Assembly (NCBI GenBank): GCA_030141605.1
Contig: JAQGDQ010002369.1
Span: forward strand, 248,001-312,000
Origin: Tubiluchus corallicola
Taxonomy: Eukaryota > Animalia > Priapulida
Direction: 5' to 3'
Length of the DNA stretch: 64,000 nt
The notes below the pieces were generated by a model. That model was given only the letters and a program-made list of their open reading frames with translations. It searched no databases and was not told where the DNA came from. A program made the position numbers and the translations under genes. Below are positions 50,663-61,100 of the stretch, in pieces. How positions within the stretch are numbered: position 1 is the stretch's first letter; each line of letters starts with the position of its first letter.

Positions 50663-51974
50663 CTAAAAAACGTAGGGAATGATTTTATAGGGAACTTTTT
50701 CGCAATGCCTTTCCCAATCCTCTCCGTATTTTTTTGCACACCGGATGTCGTCTCTGAATGCTCTTTCCACAAGTAGGACTGTGAGAAAGAGGACATAGAA
50801 ATAAGGGAGAAAGTGATCGAATAGGGCGGGAAGCGTCCAAAAGAAGGCTCCCAGGATTTCTGGAACATAGTGGAAATGGCGGGCCATTCCCCACCATCCC
50901 GATGCTAACAGGACATTCAATTTTTCCTCTCCCAATTCGGTCTTATAGGTGGCGAGAGTCAACTGAGGCTTCTTTCCCCACACAAGACAGTTCCCGTTTA
51001 GTCTTCGGATCTTCTGTCTTTGCCTGTCTGCAAAATAGTTGATCATTACACAGGTGCTTCCTGCTAGGAAGATTAGAATCGAAGCGAGGAGGCCAAGGTT
51101 GTTAGGATGGTGGACGGAGATATAGAGTTTGGGAAGTATAGATGCATGGAAGCCAGACCAGACACCCCCAGCAGATATAGAAACCAGCTCTGTCATGCAT
51201 GATGTCCAAAGACCTTAAGTAACCGGTCTCCCAGAGAAAGAACTTTGAAATATACAATAGCTGGATTCCTACTGCGACCATCATTGAATCTGCAATCCCG
51301 AAAAGTTGATGCTGCTTTGCTGCAAAAGAGAGCTGGATGACCGGCCAGCCCATCATTCCGAAACGGCAATTGGTGAACATTTTCACATCCCATCCAAATA
51401 TTCGGGGATAGAGTTCTGTTCCCCAATAGAAATCGAAGAGAAAGTTGCCGGTGGTTCCCGAATCGCTTGAGGAAGGAAAATATTTTCCCTTGAAGTAAAG
51501 GAAGAGGCAAAACAGAAAGCTGAAGAAAGTCAGTGAGGCCAGAATCGGGCCAAAATGATCGTAGACAATGGTTGGTGAAAAGAGCCTCAGACCATAGGAG
51601 CAGGTTAGAAATAATGCCATTGTGATGAGATAGCAATAGATCCCATTGGCCTTATAGACTGGAATGTTTCCTTCTTTAGTGATGGGACCATAAAACAATT
51701 TACCGGGTACGGTCTTCATCAGTGTCAGTTGGAGAGCTGCGAAAATTCCTAAAATGGCCCAACTTGCCCCGGTCCCAAAGATCAAGGGCTGATAAATACT
51801 GAACAGAGTCGAGAAAAATCCCCTTTGAGTGAACAGGCTGAAAAGTTCAGTAATGGACCCATCCAAGTAGACGTTTGCATACCAGAACAAGATGACCGTA
51901 GGTGGACAGAGAGTGATCAGCAATAGAGGACCAAGCGTCCGTCTAGCTCTGATGAGCATTGCATTGGAAGCCAT
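50663..51974 (-). pseudogene. 7-dehydrocholesterol (sterol delta-7) reductase, +1 frameshift near 51116
   Basis: FYWGTELYPR, NCRFGMMGW, DIMHDRAGFYICWGCLVW / LLASGWWGMARHFHY, RDDIRCAKKYG. Confidence 0.85.
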
Positions 51975-52257
51975 AGATAAATACCAAAATGGAAGATGTT
52001 TTGTTTATTCTAGGAACCTAGAATCCCTTCAGGTCGGGTGGGTTCAGAATCCCCCAAAAAAATCTTCCCCCCATGCCTTACCGGATAATAAAGAAAAAAG
52101 TTATTGTCTAGGGTTTTTATAAAATTATTTTTTTATTTTGATTAAACATCTGATTAATAAGGGGCTTATAATTACAAAATGATTCGTTTGATTTTTGACC
52201 TGCAAAAGAAGATAATCTGCGCCCAGATAGCATTTTGGATAATATTTGGAGGTTTTT

Positions 52258-52608
52258 ATGGTGGATTGTATCAATGGCGTTTGCCACTTGTTTGATTGCT
52301 TTTACGCCGAAGAAGAGATCGAAGTAGATGAGACGACAGAAACTGTCGCAGTTCAATATCCTGGACTGAAAGAGGGGCCGAATCTAATGTTATACATCAA
52401 CCCCTGGTGTCCCTACTGTAAGAGAGTTTTGCAGTATTTGAACCAAAAAGGGATTGAAGTACCCGTTAAGGATACTTCAGACCCCGGTAATCGTGAAGAG
52501 TTGATTCAAATTGGCGGTAAGAAACAGGTTCCCTGCCTCGTAATCGACGGTAAAGCTCTCTATGAATCAAATGATATCATCAAATGGTTCGAAGGCCAGC
52601 GTGTATAG
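52258..52608 (+). CDS. glutaredoxin family protein
   Basis: CPYC, GGKKQVPCL, YESNDII. Confidence 0.88.
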   Translation: MVDCINGVCHLFDCFYAEEEIEVDETTETVAVQYPGLKEGPNLMLYINPWCPYCKRVLQYLNQKGIEVPVKDTSDPGNREELIQIGGKKQVPCLVIDGKALYESNDIIKWFEGQRV

Positions 52609-52611
52609 ATT

Positions 52612-52794
52612 CTACTCGCTGAAGTCCCGATCCATGACGGTTTTTCTTTGGTTCGTCTGAGCATTCTCGATGGCCTTGTCACATTGTTCTTGAACGATCT
52701 GTGTCAGGGCCTCCATGACAGAAGCAGAAGTGCTCATTCCAGATTTCTCTTTGATGTATTTTTTTACTTTGCTTGCGATGACTAGAGTTTCCAT
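52612..52794 (-). CDS. bacterial histone (Bd0055/HBb-type singlet histone fold)
   Basis: LVIASKVKKYIKEKSGMSTS..AIENAQTNQRKTVMDRDF; GAGGGA RBS; RKTV..RD histone-fold signature. Confidence 0.85.
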   Translation of the reverse strand: METLVIASKVKKYIKEKSGMSTSASVMEALTQIVQEQCDKAIENAQTNQRKTVMDRDFSE

Positions 52795-52861
52795 ATTGAT
52801 TCCCTCAGGTTTTTTCTGATAGCCTATCATGCTGCTCAATTATTTTTGAAAGTTTTTCCTA

Positions 52862-52906
52862 TTTGGCACAGCCGAAAACCCAATTTTTGAATTATGATCG
52901 GTATAG
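52862..52906 (-). repeat. single arm related to the 28723 palindromic element
   Basis: reverse complement reads CTATACCGATCATAATTCAAAAATTGGGTTTTCGGC. Confidence 0.55.
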
Positions 52907-52921
52907 ATCAATTTTTGAAAC

Positions 52922-53326
52922 TCAATACTTATTTGGACGATCAACTTGATAATATCCCAGGAAGGGAAGAGCTTCGACTTTCATCGCTCTGGTCTGGTTT
53001 GTACTAGGCCCCTGAGCGGGAGTATTCGGTGCATATCCGGCTTTTTGAAACTGTCCTTCTTCTTTAAAGAGGATATCAGTCCATCCGCTCGCCCATGTAA
53101 TGACCGCTTTTCCCTGTTCCATTTTCCAGGTTCCCCGATCTCCTTTTTGCCATGTGCTTGTCGCCGTTCCATTTTCATGAAGGGTAATGAAGAATATCTT
53201 GTCCTGTTCATCGGTTACTCTCCAATTGCCTACGTATTCTTCTCTTCCGGTTTTATGTTTCTCCGGTTGAGGGCTGCAACTGAAAAATAGAGAAAGAATC
53301 AGAGAATATTTAATAAGATGCTTCAT
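52922..53326 (-). CDS. hypothetical lipoprotein
   Basis: LFFSC lipobox-like site, Trp-rich beta segments. Confidence 0.6.
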   Translation of the reverse strand: MKHLIKYSLILSLFFSCSPQPEKHKTGREEYVGNWRVTDEQDKIFFITLHENGTATSTWQKGDRGTWKMEQGKAVITWASGWTDILFKEEGQFQKAGYAPNTPAQGPSTNQTRAMKVEALPFLGYYQVDRPNKY

Positions 53327-53416
53327 CTCCTTATTTCATAAGAAAGAAAATGATTTCAGAGAAGGAAAACTTTTCATGTAAAAATGAATGGGCTGGAAAG
53401 ACTCCAGCCCGAAAGA

Positions 53417-54109
53417 CTAGGAAGACAAGATCCCATCAATGAGCGGGTGGGCCATTGATTTGAAAATGGGGTCGGAGAATAAATCGGGGAGTCGCGGGGT
53501 ATTTGTATTCTCAATGATATAATCGATGATCGATTTGGCTGTTTCTGATTTCTCATCCAATAAAAGATCTGGATATTGATTGACGAAGCGAATCGTTAGT
53601 TTGGAAACGGTTGCTAGGTCTTTCCATTGAAAACCATCTTCAAAGGTATCGACCATTTCATCCAGAAATTCCTGTATGGCCTCATCTGAGGGCCTTCCTC
53701 TTACAGTAGTAGAAGGAAAGAGCTCTTCAACGGAATCTGGGATAATCAATGAGACAAAAGGAGTAGTCATCGACTGGAATAATAGATCAGTGTATTTATC
53801 GGGAAGGAATGGAGTATCGGTCAACTCTATGACGCGATTCATGATTTTGACGACTACTTCCCTTTTTTCATGGATAGTGCTCAGTCGAAAATCATCCAGG
53901 TATTCACGGCAGAGTTTCATCATATCAGATATATCCGACCATTGAAAACCGTCGGCAAAAACACCGGTCAACTCTTGTACAAAAGCCTCTACCTCTGCGT
54001 CAGAAATAGATCGATCGGCTTGGACTTCCTCACTTTTTTCATCAACAACGTAAACAAATGCAGAAGGATTGTGGATATCTGCTTTTTCTAAAGGAATATA
54101 ATCTAACAT
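53417..54109 (-). CDS. hypothetical protein with two tandem homologous domains
   Basis: FADGFQWSD..TDTPFLPD and FEDGFQWKD..TNTPRLPD. Confidence 0.65.
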   Translation of the reverse strand: MLDYIPLEKADIHNPSAFVYVVDEKSEEVQADRSISDAEVEAFVQELTGVFADGFQWSDISDMMKLCREYLDDFRLSTIHEKREVVVKIMNRVIELTDTPFLPDKYTDLLFQSMTTPFVSLIIPDSVEELFPSTTVRGRPSDEAIQEFLDEMVDTFEDGFQWKDLATVSKLTIRFVNQYPDLLLDEKSETAKSIIDYIIENTNTPRLPDLFSDPIFKSMAHPLIDGILSS

Positions 54110-54298
54110 AAAATTTTCCTGTTTTGGCTTAAGCTTTTAGAGCTTTCCTACGATTTTTCCCTTTGGAAAAATCAAGAAAGTCCCAAAAAATGGCGCAAAA
54201 TAATAATTTCTTTTGTCATAAATATCTACCCTTTTTTCTTTGTCTCAAAAGGCATTGATGGTATTTTTGAGACAAGAATTGAACAGCTTCTTAGATGA

Positions 54299-55270
54299 AT
54301 GAGGATTTTCATGAAAAAGACTTTCAAGAAGATTGGAATTATTCTTTTTTGCACAGCATCTCTTGCTTTTTTCTCAGCTATTGCCATCTACCATTTGGTT
54401 CCGCATATCGTTGCTGATTACTTTACGAATAAGACTTTTCGCGAGATTGGTTTAACAGTAAAGACTCTGGATGCAGATGGACTTGTTTTTGAATATGTAG
54501 AAGGAGGATCTGGAGAAACTGTAGTATTTTTTCATGGATTTCAAGGTGACAAGACAAGCTGGAATGGATACCTGAGACGTTTGATTTCCCAATATCATGT
54601 CATTGCAGTCGATTTGCCAGGCCATGGCGGCACAAAGCATGTTCATGGGCAGAAATATGATATACATTCTCAGGCAATGACTATGGACCAGTTTGTTAAA
54701 CATATGAACCTGGACTCCTTTCATTTGGTAGGTATTTCAATGGGCGGCGGAGTCGGGGCTGTCTATGCCCGTCTTTTTCCTGAAAAACTGATTAGTTTGT
54801 CCCTATTAAACCCCTATGGACTTGTCACTGCTCCAAAAAGCGAACTTCATATCAAAATGGAGAAAGGAGTCAATGTGATGTTCCCGCATACACTTGCTGA
54901 ACTCGATGAGTTCGGACGTTATATTATGGGGAATCCTTTTGAACTTCCCCATGTATTCAAAAAATACCTTCTTGGCAAACTTGTTGAGAAAAGAGCTTTT
55001 TACCGCAAAGTATTCACCGACCTGGTCATGGGAAGTCCTCTAGAACCAGTTCTTACAAAAATCAGTACGCCTACGTTCGTTCTAATCGGAGGAAATGACA
55101 GAGTGATCCACCCTTCATCATTACAAGTTTTTCTTAAAAAACTTCCGAACCGTACGTGCAAACTCGTAAAACATGGAGCTCATGTTTTCATTGGGCCCCA
55201 CTTTGAAGAAGCGATTTCATCTCTTCATGAATTTCTAAACAATTCCCGGGCTTCCTTCAAGGCCCGCTAG
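54299..55270 (+). CDS. alpha/beta hydrolase (lipase/esterase)
   Basis: FHGF, DLPGHG, GISMGG, late D and H. Confidence 0.9.
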   Translation: MRIFMKKTFKKIGIILFCTASLAFFSAIAIYHLVPHIVADYFTNKTFREIGLTVKTLDADGLVFEYVEGGSGETVVFFHGFQGDKTSWNGYLRRLISQYHVIAVDLPGHGGTKHVHGQKYDIHSQAMTMDQFVKHMNLDSFHLVGISMGGGVGAVYARLFPEKLISLSLLNPYGLVTAPKSELHIKMEKGVNVMFPHTLAELDEFGRYIMGNPFELPHVFKKYLLGKLVEKRAFYRKVFTDLVMGSPLEPVLTKISTPTFVLIGGNDRVIHPSSLQVFLKKLPNRTCKLVKHGAHVFIGPHFEEAISSLHEFLNNSRASFKAR

Positions 55271-55280
55271 TGTCTAATTT

Positions 55281-56140
55281 TTATCCTGCAAAAGGGACCT
55301 GTTCGAGTCCTTTGATGGGACTTTTAAGGGAAAAAAGACTTCCCGATAAGGGGAACTTCTTAAGTTCCTCTTCTGTCATTACAGTTCGAGTCGTCGTGAT
55401 GTACAAAATATCGAGATCTTCACCCCCAAAGCATAGACTTGTAGGGCGGGGAACTGGAAGTTTTACTTCCAGCTGAATTTCTCCATTGGGAGAGTACCGA
55501 ACAATTTTCCCGTCTCCATTCACTACGATCCAGACATTTCCTTCCCTGTCTACCGTAAGCCCGTCTGGAAACGACTTTTCGTATTTTGCAAACGTTTGCC
55601 GGTTTCCTATCTTACCTGTTTTTGAATCGAAGTCATAGACGTAGACAGCATAACCAAAACTCTCAGCAAAATACATCTTGGTGCTGTCTGGGCTAAATCC
55701 GATGCCATTGGAACAACGGACACAGTCTTGCATCGGATGGCAATTCAGATCTGGATCAAGGCAGTAGAGAGCTCCGCAATTCTTGTCCCAATCGGTTTCA
55801 TGCATGGTCCCTGCCCAGAATCTTCCTTGCCGGTCGCATTTTCCATCGTTGAATCGATTTTGTGTCTGAATTTTTTCTGGATCATGAATCGGTATGAGTT
55901 TTTTTCCCCATTCGTAGAAAAAAACCCATCTTTTCCTGCACAAATAAATCCACCGTTTTGCCGTTTGTTGACGGCGGAAATACTCGATTCGAGAGAAATT
56001 GTCGTATGTTCTTTTTTCGAAGGAACATACCGATGGAGTTTGCAGGCAGGTATATCTACCCAGTAGAGTGCTTGCTCTACATGGCACCAAGTTGGGCTCT
56101 CGCCAACCTCATTTTCCATTTGTAATAAGCACTCCATCAA
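55281..56140 (-). pseudogene. SMP-30/gluconolactonase family protein, frameshift near 55925
   Basis: VGESPTW..LYWVDI / RFNDGKCDRQGRFWAGTM, SNGIGFSPD, PDGLTVD. Confidence 0.85.
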
Positions 56141-56184
56141 TTTTCTCCTTTTTTTCTTCTGCCGAGAATCTTATATTTTTGCTG

Positions 56185-56910
56185 ATGAATTACAATATCG
56201 ACTCATTCTTGCTCGATTCGCCCAAAAATCGACGAATTGATCTTCTATCTCAATATTATCAGAACCATCATAGGATTCGAGATCTTTCTTTGGCAAAAGA
56301 TGGAGCTGTCAAAGAAGCTTTCTATAGAAAGGAAGTCCAAAATCATTTTGAGCACAATGACTTGATCGGAATGGACCTCGGATGCAGATGGGGGATTTTG
56401 ACAAAGACTCTCGATGATCTGGCTCAATGGCATGGCATCGATATCGATGAAAAAGCAGTCGAAAAAGCTTTGGAAAATGACCTGCCAGCACGACAGATGG
56501 ATATTTCGATCAATATTGATTTCAAAGATTTCTGCTTTGATATTGTGTTGTTGACTGAAGTGTTGGAACATCTCCCTTATCCCGCCATCACAGTGAAAGA
56601 AATTCACCGCATCTTAAAGCCGGATGGAGTATTTTTAGGATCTGTTCCTCTTGATTACAACATCAATCAAAGGCTCAAAGTCATCAGGGGAAAGAGACTG
56701 GAGCAAGACCCTACCCATCTTCATAGTTTTTCATTTTTTGAGCTCAATACGATTTTAAAGCACTATTTCCGAACTGTAGTCTATCTTCCCCTCAGGGGAA
56801 AGGCGGTTCGGTTCCCGTGGCTTTCCTATTATCATTTTGTGAGGGATATCGCTTGGATAGCAAAAGATCCTATTCCGAACCCCAGACCCTGGAAAGTCAA
56901 ACTTCTCTAA
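56185..56910 (+). CDS. class I SAM-dependent methyltransferase
   Basis: MDLGCRWG, GIDID, FDIVLLTEVLEHL, RILKPDG. Confidence 0.85.
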   Translation: MNYNIDSFLLDSPKNRRIDLLSQYYQNHHRIRDLSLAKDGAVKEAFYRKEVQNHFEHNDLIGMDLGCRWGILTKTLDDLAQWHGIDIDEKAVEKALENDLPARQMDISINIDFKDFCFDIVLLTEVLEHLPYPAITVKEIHRILKPDGVFLGSVPLDYNINQRLKVIRGKRLEQDPTHLHSFSFFELNTILKHYFRTVVYLPLRGKAVRFPWLSYYHFVRDIAWIAKDPIPNPRPWKVKLL

Positions 56911-56920
56911 GGGACTCGCC

Positions 56921-57646
56921 CTAAGGTTTTTTATGATTCTTAGTGATTTTTTCTGAGATTTGTTCTGCCAGATCGATTTGAATGCGCTGCATTTCCATCA
57001 TGCGGTGCCATTGTTTTTTCATGAACTGGTCCAGCTTGGAATGAAGTTGTCTGATTTCCAGCTCAGCTTTCAAATTGACCCCATATTCATAATCCGTTCG
57101 TAGTTTTTCTTTCTTTGCCTGTCTATTCTGGCTCATCATGATTACCGGAGCTTGAATAGCGGCAAGGCAGGAAAGAAACAGGTTCAGAAGAATGAAAGGG
57201 TAGGGATCGAATATTTGATGCATGATCCCAATGGTATTGATGATGATCCAAATAACGATCAGTCCACTGAATGTACCTATGAATGACCAACTACCTGCAA
57301 AGCGTGCCAAAAGATCAGCATTCCTTTCAGGAAAGGTCATCTCTTTTTCGAATTCTTTATTGAGGTTTTCTGCAAAGATCTCATGTTCCTGAAAACTGTC
57401 CAGAACCTCTTCTTCCAGTCTGGAAAGATCTCCAATCTCTTCTTTCAAGAGATCTTCAATTTGCTCTGAACGGTAGTATCTTAGATCGGAAAGGCAGATG
57501 AAGGATGAGTCATTCCAGTCTGGAAATTCATCTCTAATCAACTGTTTCAAAGAATCCCTCAACAGATCAGATGGATATAATTCATCCAAAAGGAATTCCT
57601 TTTTGCAGATGTGGCAAATTCCCTTTTCTTTTTCCTGTTTAGCCAT
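56921..57646 (-). CDS. DUF1003 membrane protein
   Basis: GSWSFI, FDPYPFILLNLFLSCLAAIQAPVIMMSQNRQ. Confidence 0.9.
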   Translation of the reverse strand: MAKQEKEKGICHICKKEFLLDELYPSDLLRDSLKQLIRDEFPDWNDSSFICLSDLRYYRSEQIEDLLKEEIGDLSRLEEEVLDSFQEHEIFAENLNKEFEKEMTFPERNADLLARFAGSWSFIGTFSGLIVIWIIINTIGIMHQIFDPYPFILLNLFLSCLAAIQAPVIMMSQNRQAKKEKLRTDYEYGVNLKAELEIRQLHSKLDQFMKKQWHRMMEMQRIQIDLAEQISEKITKNHKKP

Positions 57647-57807
57647 GTAGATGTGCCCTTTTAAAGACTGCCCACAAACTGGTTTGTAGACAGTCTCTTA
57701 TCTTCCTTTAATCGAAAGAGGGCTTTGCAATCAAGTCCTATACACATTCCTATTCAAAAACAAGAGATGCTGATGCAAGGAAAGGCCAACCTTTGAATTG
57801 GAATGTG

Positions 57808-58350
57808 TTATCTATTGAATTCCATTCCGAAGTAACGGTCGGGATCATAACCTTCATGCATGTAAGGACAATCTGTAAACCCTAATGCATGGTAAAACTC
57901 GATGGAGGAAGCATTGACTTTTCTTGTGATTACAACGACTTTTTTTGTTTCAGGAAATCGGTCAAAAAGGGAAAGGACAAGTTCTCTACCGATTCCTCTT
58001 CGTTGAAATTCAGGTTCTACCGAAGTTTGGCGGATGTACACTTCATCTGGATACTGATGGGTTTCTAAAATGATCATCCCTACAGTTCTATCTTCTTCTT
58101 TTGCCCTTACCCAGTGAATATCGGAGTCTCCCTTGGCCAATTGAATTTCTTCTTTAATGGCCTCTTCGAGGAAGGTATGGATATCCGGTACATGAAGAGC
58201 TTCAGTTCCTAACTCATCGTAAATATTCGAAAAGGCATGAAGAAAGACTTCTCGTTCTGTTGAATAGTCAAAGGAATGATCCCACTCGATCACAGCTCCG
58301 TAAGAGAAAGATGCAAAAAAAGAAAAGAAAGCGAAGAAAAATACACGCAT
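57808..58350 (-). CDS. GNAT acetyltransferase
   Basis: VEPEFQRRGIG, NASSIEFYHALGF. Confidence 0.85.
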   Translation of the reverse strand: MRVFFFAFFSFFASFSYGAVIEWDHSFDYSTEREVFLHAFSNIYDELGTEALHVPDIHTFLEEAIKEEIQLAKGDSDIHWVRAKEEDRTVGMIILETHQYPDEVYIRQTSVEPEFQRRGIGRELVLSLFDRFPETKKVVVITRKVNASSIEFYHALGFTDCPYMHEGYDPDRYFGMEFNR

Positions 58351-58428
58351 AAGATACTCCAAAAAAATTTCGAGGATTTATACGTTTTTAGAGAAAATTT
58401 GTTAACAAAAGAGATTATTTGAGCTGTA

Positions 58429-59280
58429 TTAAGCAGGATATCCGAATTTGACAAAGGAAGTGGGAATGGGGGAGAGAAAATACATTTTCTTCTTTGTCAA
58501 AGGATGGAAAAAAATCAATTCATGGGCGTGTAGAAAAAGTCTTGGAGAGGGGATTAAACTTTCATATCTTTTATCGCCCAAAATGGGATGGTTGGCATCT
58601 TTGCAATGGACGCGGATCTGATGCTTTCGTCCCGTTTCCAGACGAAGATGAAGATAACTGAAGCATTTACTTTTTTTGACCCGTCGAAAATGAGTGATGG
58701 CCAATTTTCCTTTTGACCTGTTTTTTGTAGCGGCGACATCGTAATTTTCTTTTTCGAAAAGAGTGCTAGTCCAGGTTCCTTTTTCTTCTTTAATTCCTCC
58801 TTCGACGATCGCGATATATTCCCTTTGAATTTTTCTTTTTTCAAAGAGGGCTTTCAAAGCTTCTTTGGCCTTGACGCCGCGGGCAAAGACCAAGAGTCCG
58901 GAAGCATCCCTGTCAAGACGGTGTACAGCAAAGATTTGACGGGAGTGAAAGTGTTTGCGGAGGATCTCAAGGACATTGGGAGCTGGGTGTTTGTCCTTTG
59001 GGACGCTCAACAACCCTTCAGGTTTTTCAATCACGATTAAAGAAGAATCTTGAAAGAGGATGCGAACATCCTTGTCGATGGTTTGAGAGCGGGGGAGAAT
59101 ATCAAGTTCATCTCCCGGCTGCACCTCTTGGGAGGAGCGATCCAGGGCCGCTTTTCTTCTTAAAACTCTTCCTTGCCGGATCCATTGAGTGAGGCTTCTC
59201 TTTGAACTGTCTTCAAATGCTTCTTTCAGGGCCTCTAAAAGAGACAATTTTTTTTGAATTTTGATCTTCATGGGAAACAT
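58429..59280 (-). CDS. RluA-family pseudouridine synthase
   Basis: KPEGLLS, VHRLDRDASG, LETGRKHQIRVH, ILGDKRY, LFLHA. Confidence 0.92.
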   Translation of the reverse strand: MFPMKIKIQKKLSLLEALKEAFEDSSKRSLTQWIRQGRVLRRKAALDRSSQEVQPGDELDILPRSQTIDKDVRILFQDSSLIVIEKPEGLLSVPKDKHPAPNVLEILRKHFHSRQIFAVHRLDRDASGLLVFARGVKAKEALKALFEKRKIQREYIAIVEGGIKEEKGTWTSTLFEKENYDVAATKNRSKGKLAITHFRRVKKSKCFSYLHLRLETGRKHQIRVHCKDANHPILGDKRYESLIPSPRLFLHAHELIFFHPLTKKKMYFLSPIPTSFVKFGYPA

Positions 59281-59379
59281 GATAACAGGAGGAGGCAGGA
59301 AAGAAAAGGCTTGTTCTTTCTAGGGAGTGGTCAAATTCAGATTTCGTCGATTTTGGGAGGGTTATTGAGCCTAGATTCC

Positions 59380-60388
59380 TTAAGAACCCTTTTTGGGAGA
59401 ACGCTTAAAAAAGTTTTTTGTGTTTTGCCTGTGGTATTTACTCTTGGGAAGCTGGCCGAACATGATCGCATGTCCATCGGGATCTTCGGCTACAAAAGCT
59501 TTAGTATACGTATGGCTGCCGTAAGGGAATGAAACGATGCCCTTTGAAATGAGATGTTGGTGTCCATCCTGGATTATTTTATAGATTTTATCGATCTCAT
59601 AAGTACGCGTATTAATTTGCCAATACCAAACATCGTTGGCACTGGTTCCTAAGGGAACGATCTCTCTTTTGAGGGGAGAAAGATATTCTATGAGCTCTAA
59701 TGCTGGCCCTTCTTCTGCTTTGAGACCAGTAATCGCTACTCGTGATTGCAATAGTTGACTCAGTGCTTCTTCCTCGATGTCATAGCTATAATGCTCGACC
59801 TTCTGCATTCCCAGGAGGTGTTTATAAAATTGAAAGCTCTTCTTGGAGTCTTGCATCATGATCGCTCCATTTCTCTCCTCTTTTTTCAGGAGGAAAGTAG
59901 ATGAGTTCGAGGACATGTCCGTCGGGATCCTTGAAGAAATAAATGGAAGTACCATCCTTTTCATAGGGATTTTTCTGAAAGTTAATGACATGCTCGACAT
60001 TATTTTATTGGAGCCACATAAAAGCTTTATGCATATCTCTAACAACGATCGCAATATGCTGGAACCAGTGCGCCGTCGGCAACGCATCGATGGGAATATT
60101 CCCGCCTTTTAGATTTTTGAACTCATTCAGTCTGAGACGGGCTCCTCCAAGGATAAGCTCTACGACTCGGATCTTCACATTGGAAAGATTCGTCAGTTTC
60201 TCATAAGCTTCCCCTTCTTCTACATAGTCTAAGACTTTTTCGAACTTGAGCACTCTCATGTAAAAATCGAGGGCTCGATTCATGTCCTCTACAGTGATAT
60301 CAAAGGAATAAATTTCTTTGATTAAAGGCTCTTTTGGCGCTGAGAAGAGAATAAAAGGGAAGAGAAGGATAAAAAATCGAATCTTCAT
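59380..60388 (-). pseudogene. two-domain VOC/glyoxalase protein, in-frame TAA at 60005 plus frameshift
   Basis: VEDMNRALDFY, WFQHIAIVV; read-through gives FFKDPDGHVLELIYFP; C-terminal EDPDGHA. Confidence 0.75.
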
Positions 60389-60454
60389 TTTACTCGATAT
60401 CTAGTTTCTTTTCTTTTATGCTCTTAGGGCATTTCTGTCAAAAAATGGGATATT

Positions 60455-60748
60455 ATGAGTGGTGTTTCAAATGATTCTTTGAATTCAGGGGCTGGAGCTA
60501 CAAGGTCCCGCGCCGAGCTAATGGAAGCCCTTGTAAAAAGATCAAAAGAAGACTGGGCCAAACAGCATGAGATAGACCGGCAGAAAGAACAAGAAGCCAA
60601 AGCTGCTCAAGAAGCTAAAGAAAAAGCGAATGCAGAGTGGGGTGGGGGCGCGAGAGTGAAAAGTCTTATGAAGGAACACCAAAGAAAGCAGAACCAGCCT
60701 GAAGTTGATAGAGTAAATGCTCTATGGAGGAAAACCACTTCATCCTAG
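60455..60748 (+). CDS. hypothetical coiled-coil protein
   Basis: 97-aa charged ORF. Confidence 0.5.
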   Translation: MSGVSNDSLNSGAGATRSRAELMEALVKRSKEDWAKQHEIDRQKEQEAKAAQEAKEKANAEWGGGARVKSLMKEHQRKQNQPEVDRVNALWRKTTSS

Positions 60749-60758
60749 ATCACACTGG

Positions 60759-61100
60759 CTAGTCGGCATTATCCTTATTGTCTAGTAAGCTGGTCGCAAT
60801 GGCCCATTGATAGAAAAGAAAGACCGCACCGGCACCTGCAATCGCACTATATATTGCTCCATTATAGCCATCTTTGAGAGTAGAGTTAAAAAGTTCCTGG
60901 CCGCTAGTCACTTCCCTTTCAGCGAGGGAGTAATCACATTGATAAAAAGTACTTAGGTTGGGAATTGCTTTGATCGCAGCCCATCCAATAGAACCTGATA
61001 GAGCCCCATACGCAGCACCTTTTGCAGAGCTTTTTGCGATTTCACAAAAACAGTACAAGTTCATCACCGGCAACCAGATAAGTTTTATAATATTAGCCAT
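60759..61100 (-). CDS. hypothetical membrane protein
   Basis: Gly/Ala-rich hydrophobic segments; overlaps upstream gene. Confidence 0.5.
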   Translation of the reverse strand: MANIIKLIWLPVMNLYCFCEIAKSSAKGAAYGALSGSIGWAAIKAIPNLSTFYQCDYSLAEREVTSGQELFNSTLKDGYNGAIYSAIAGAGAVFLFYQWAIATSLLDNKDNAD

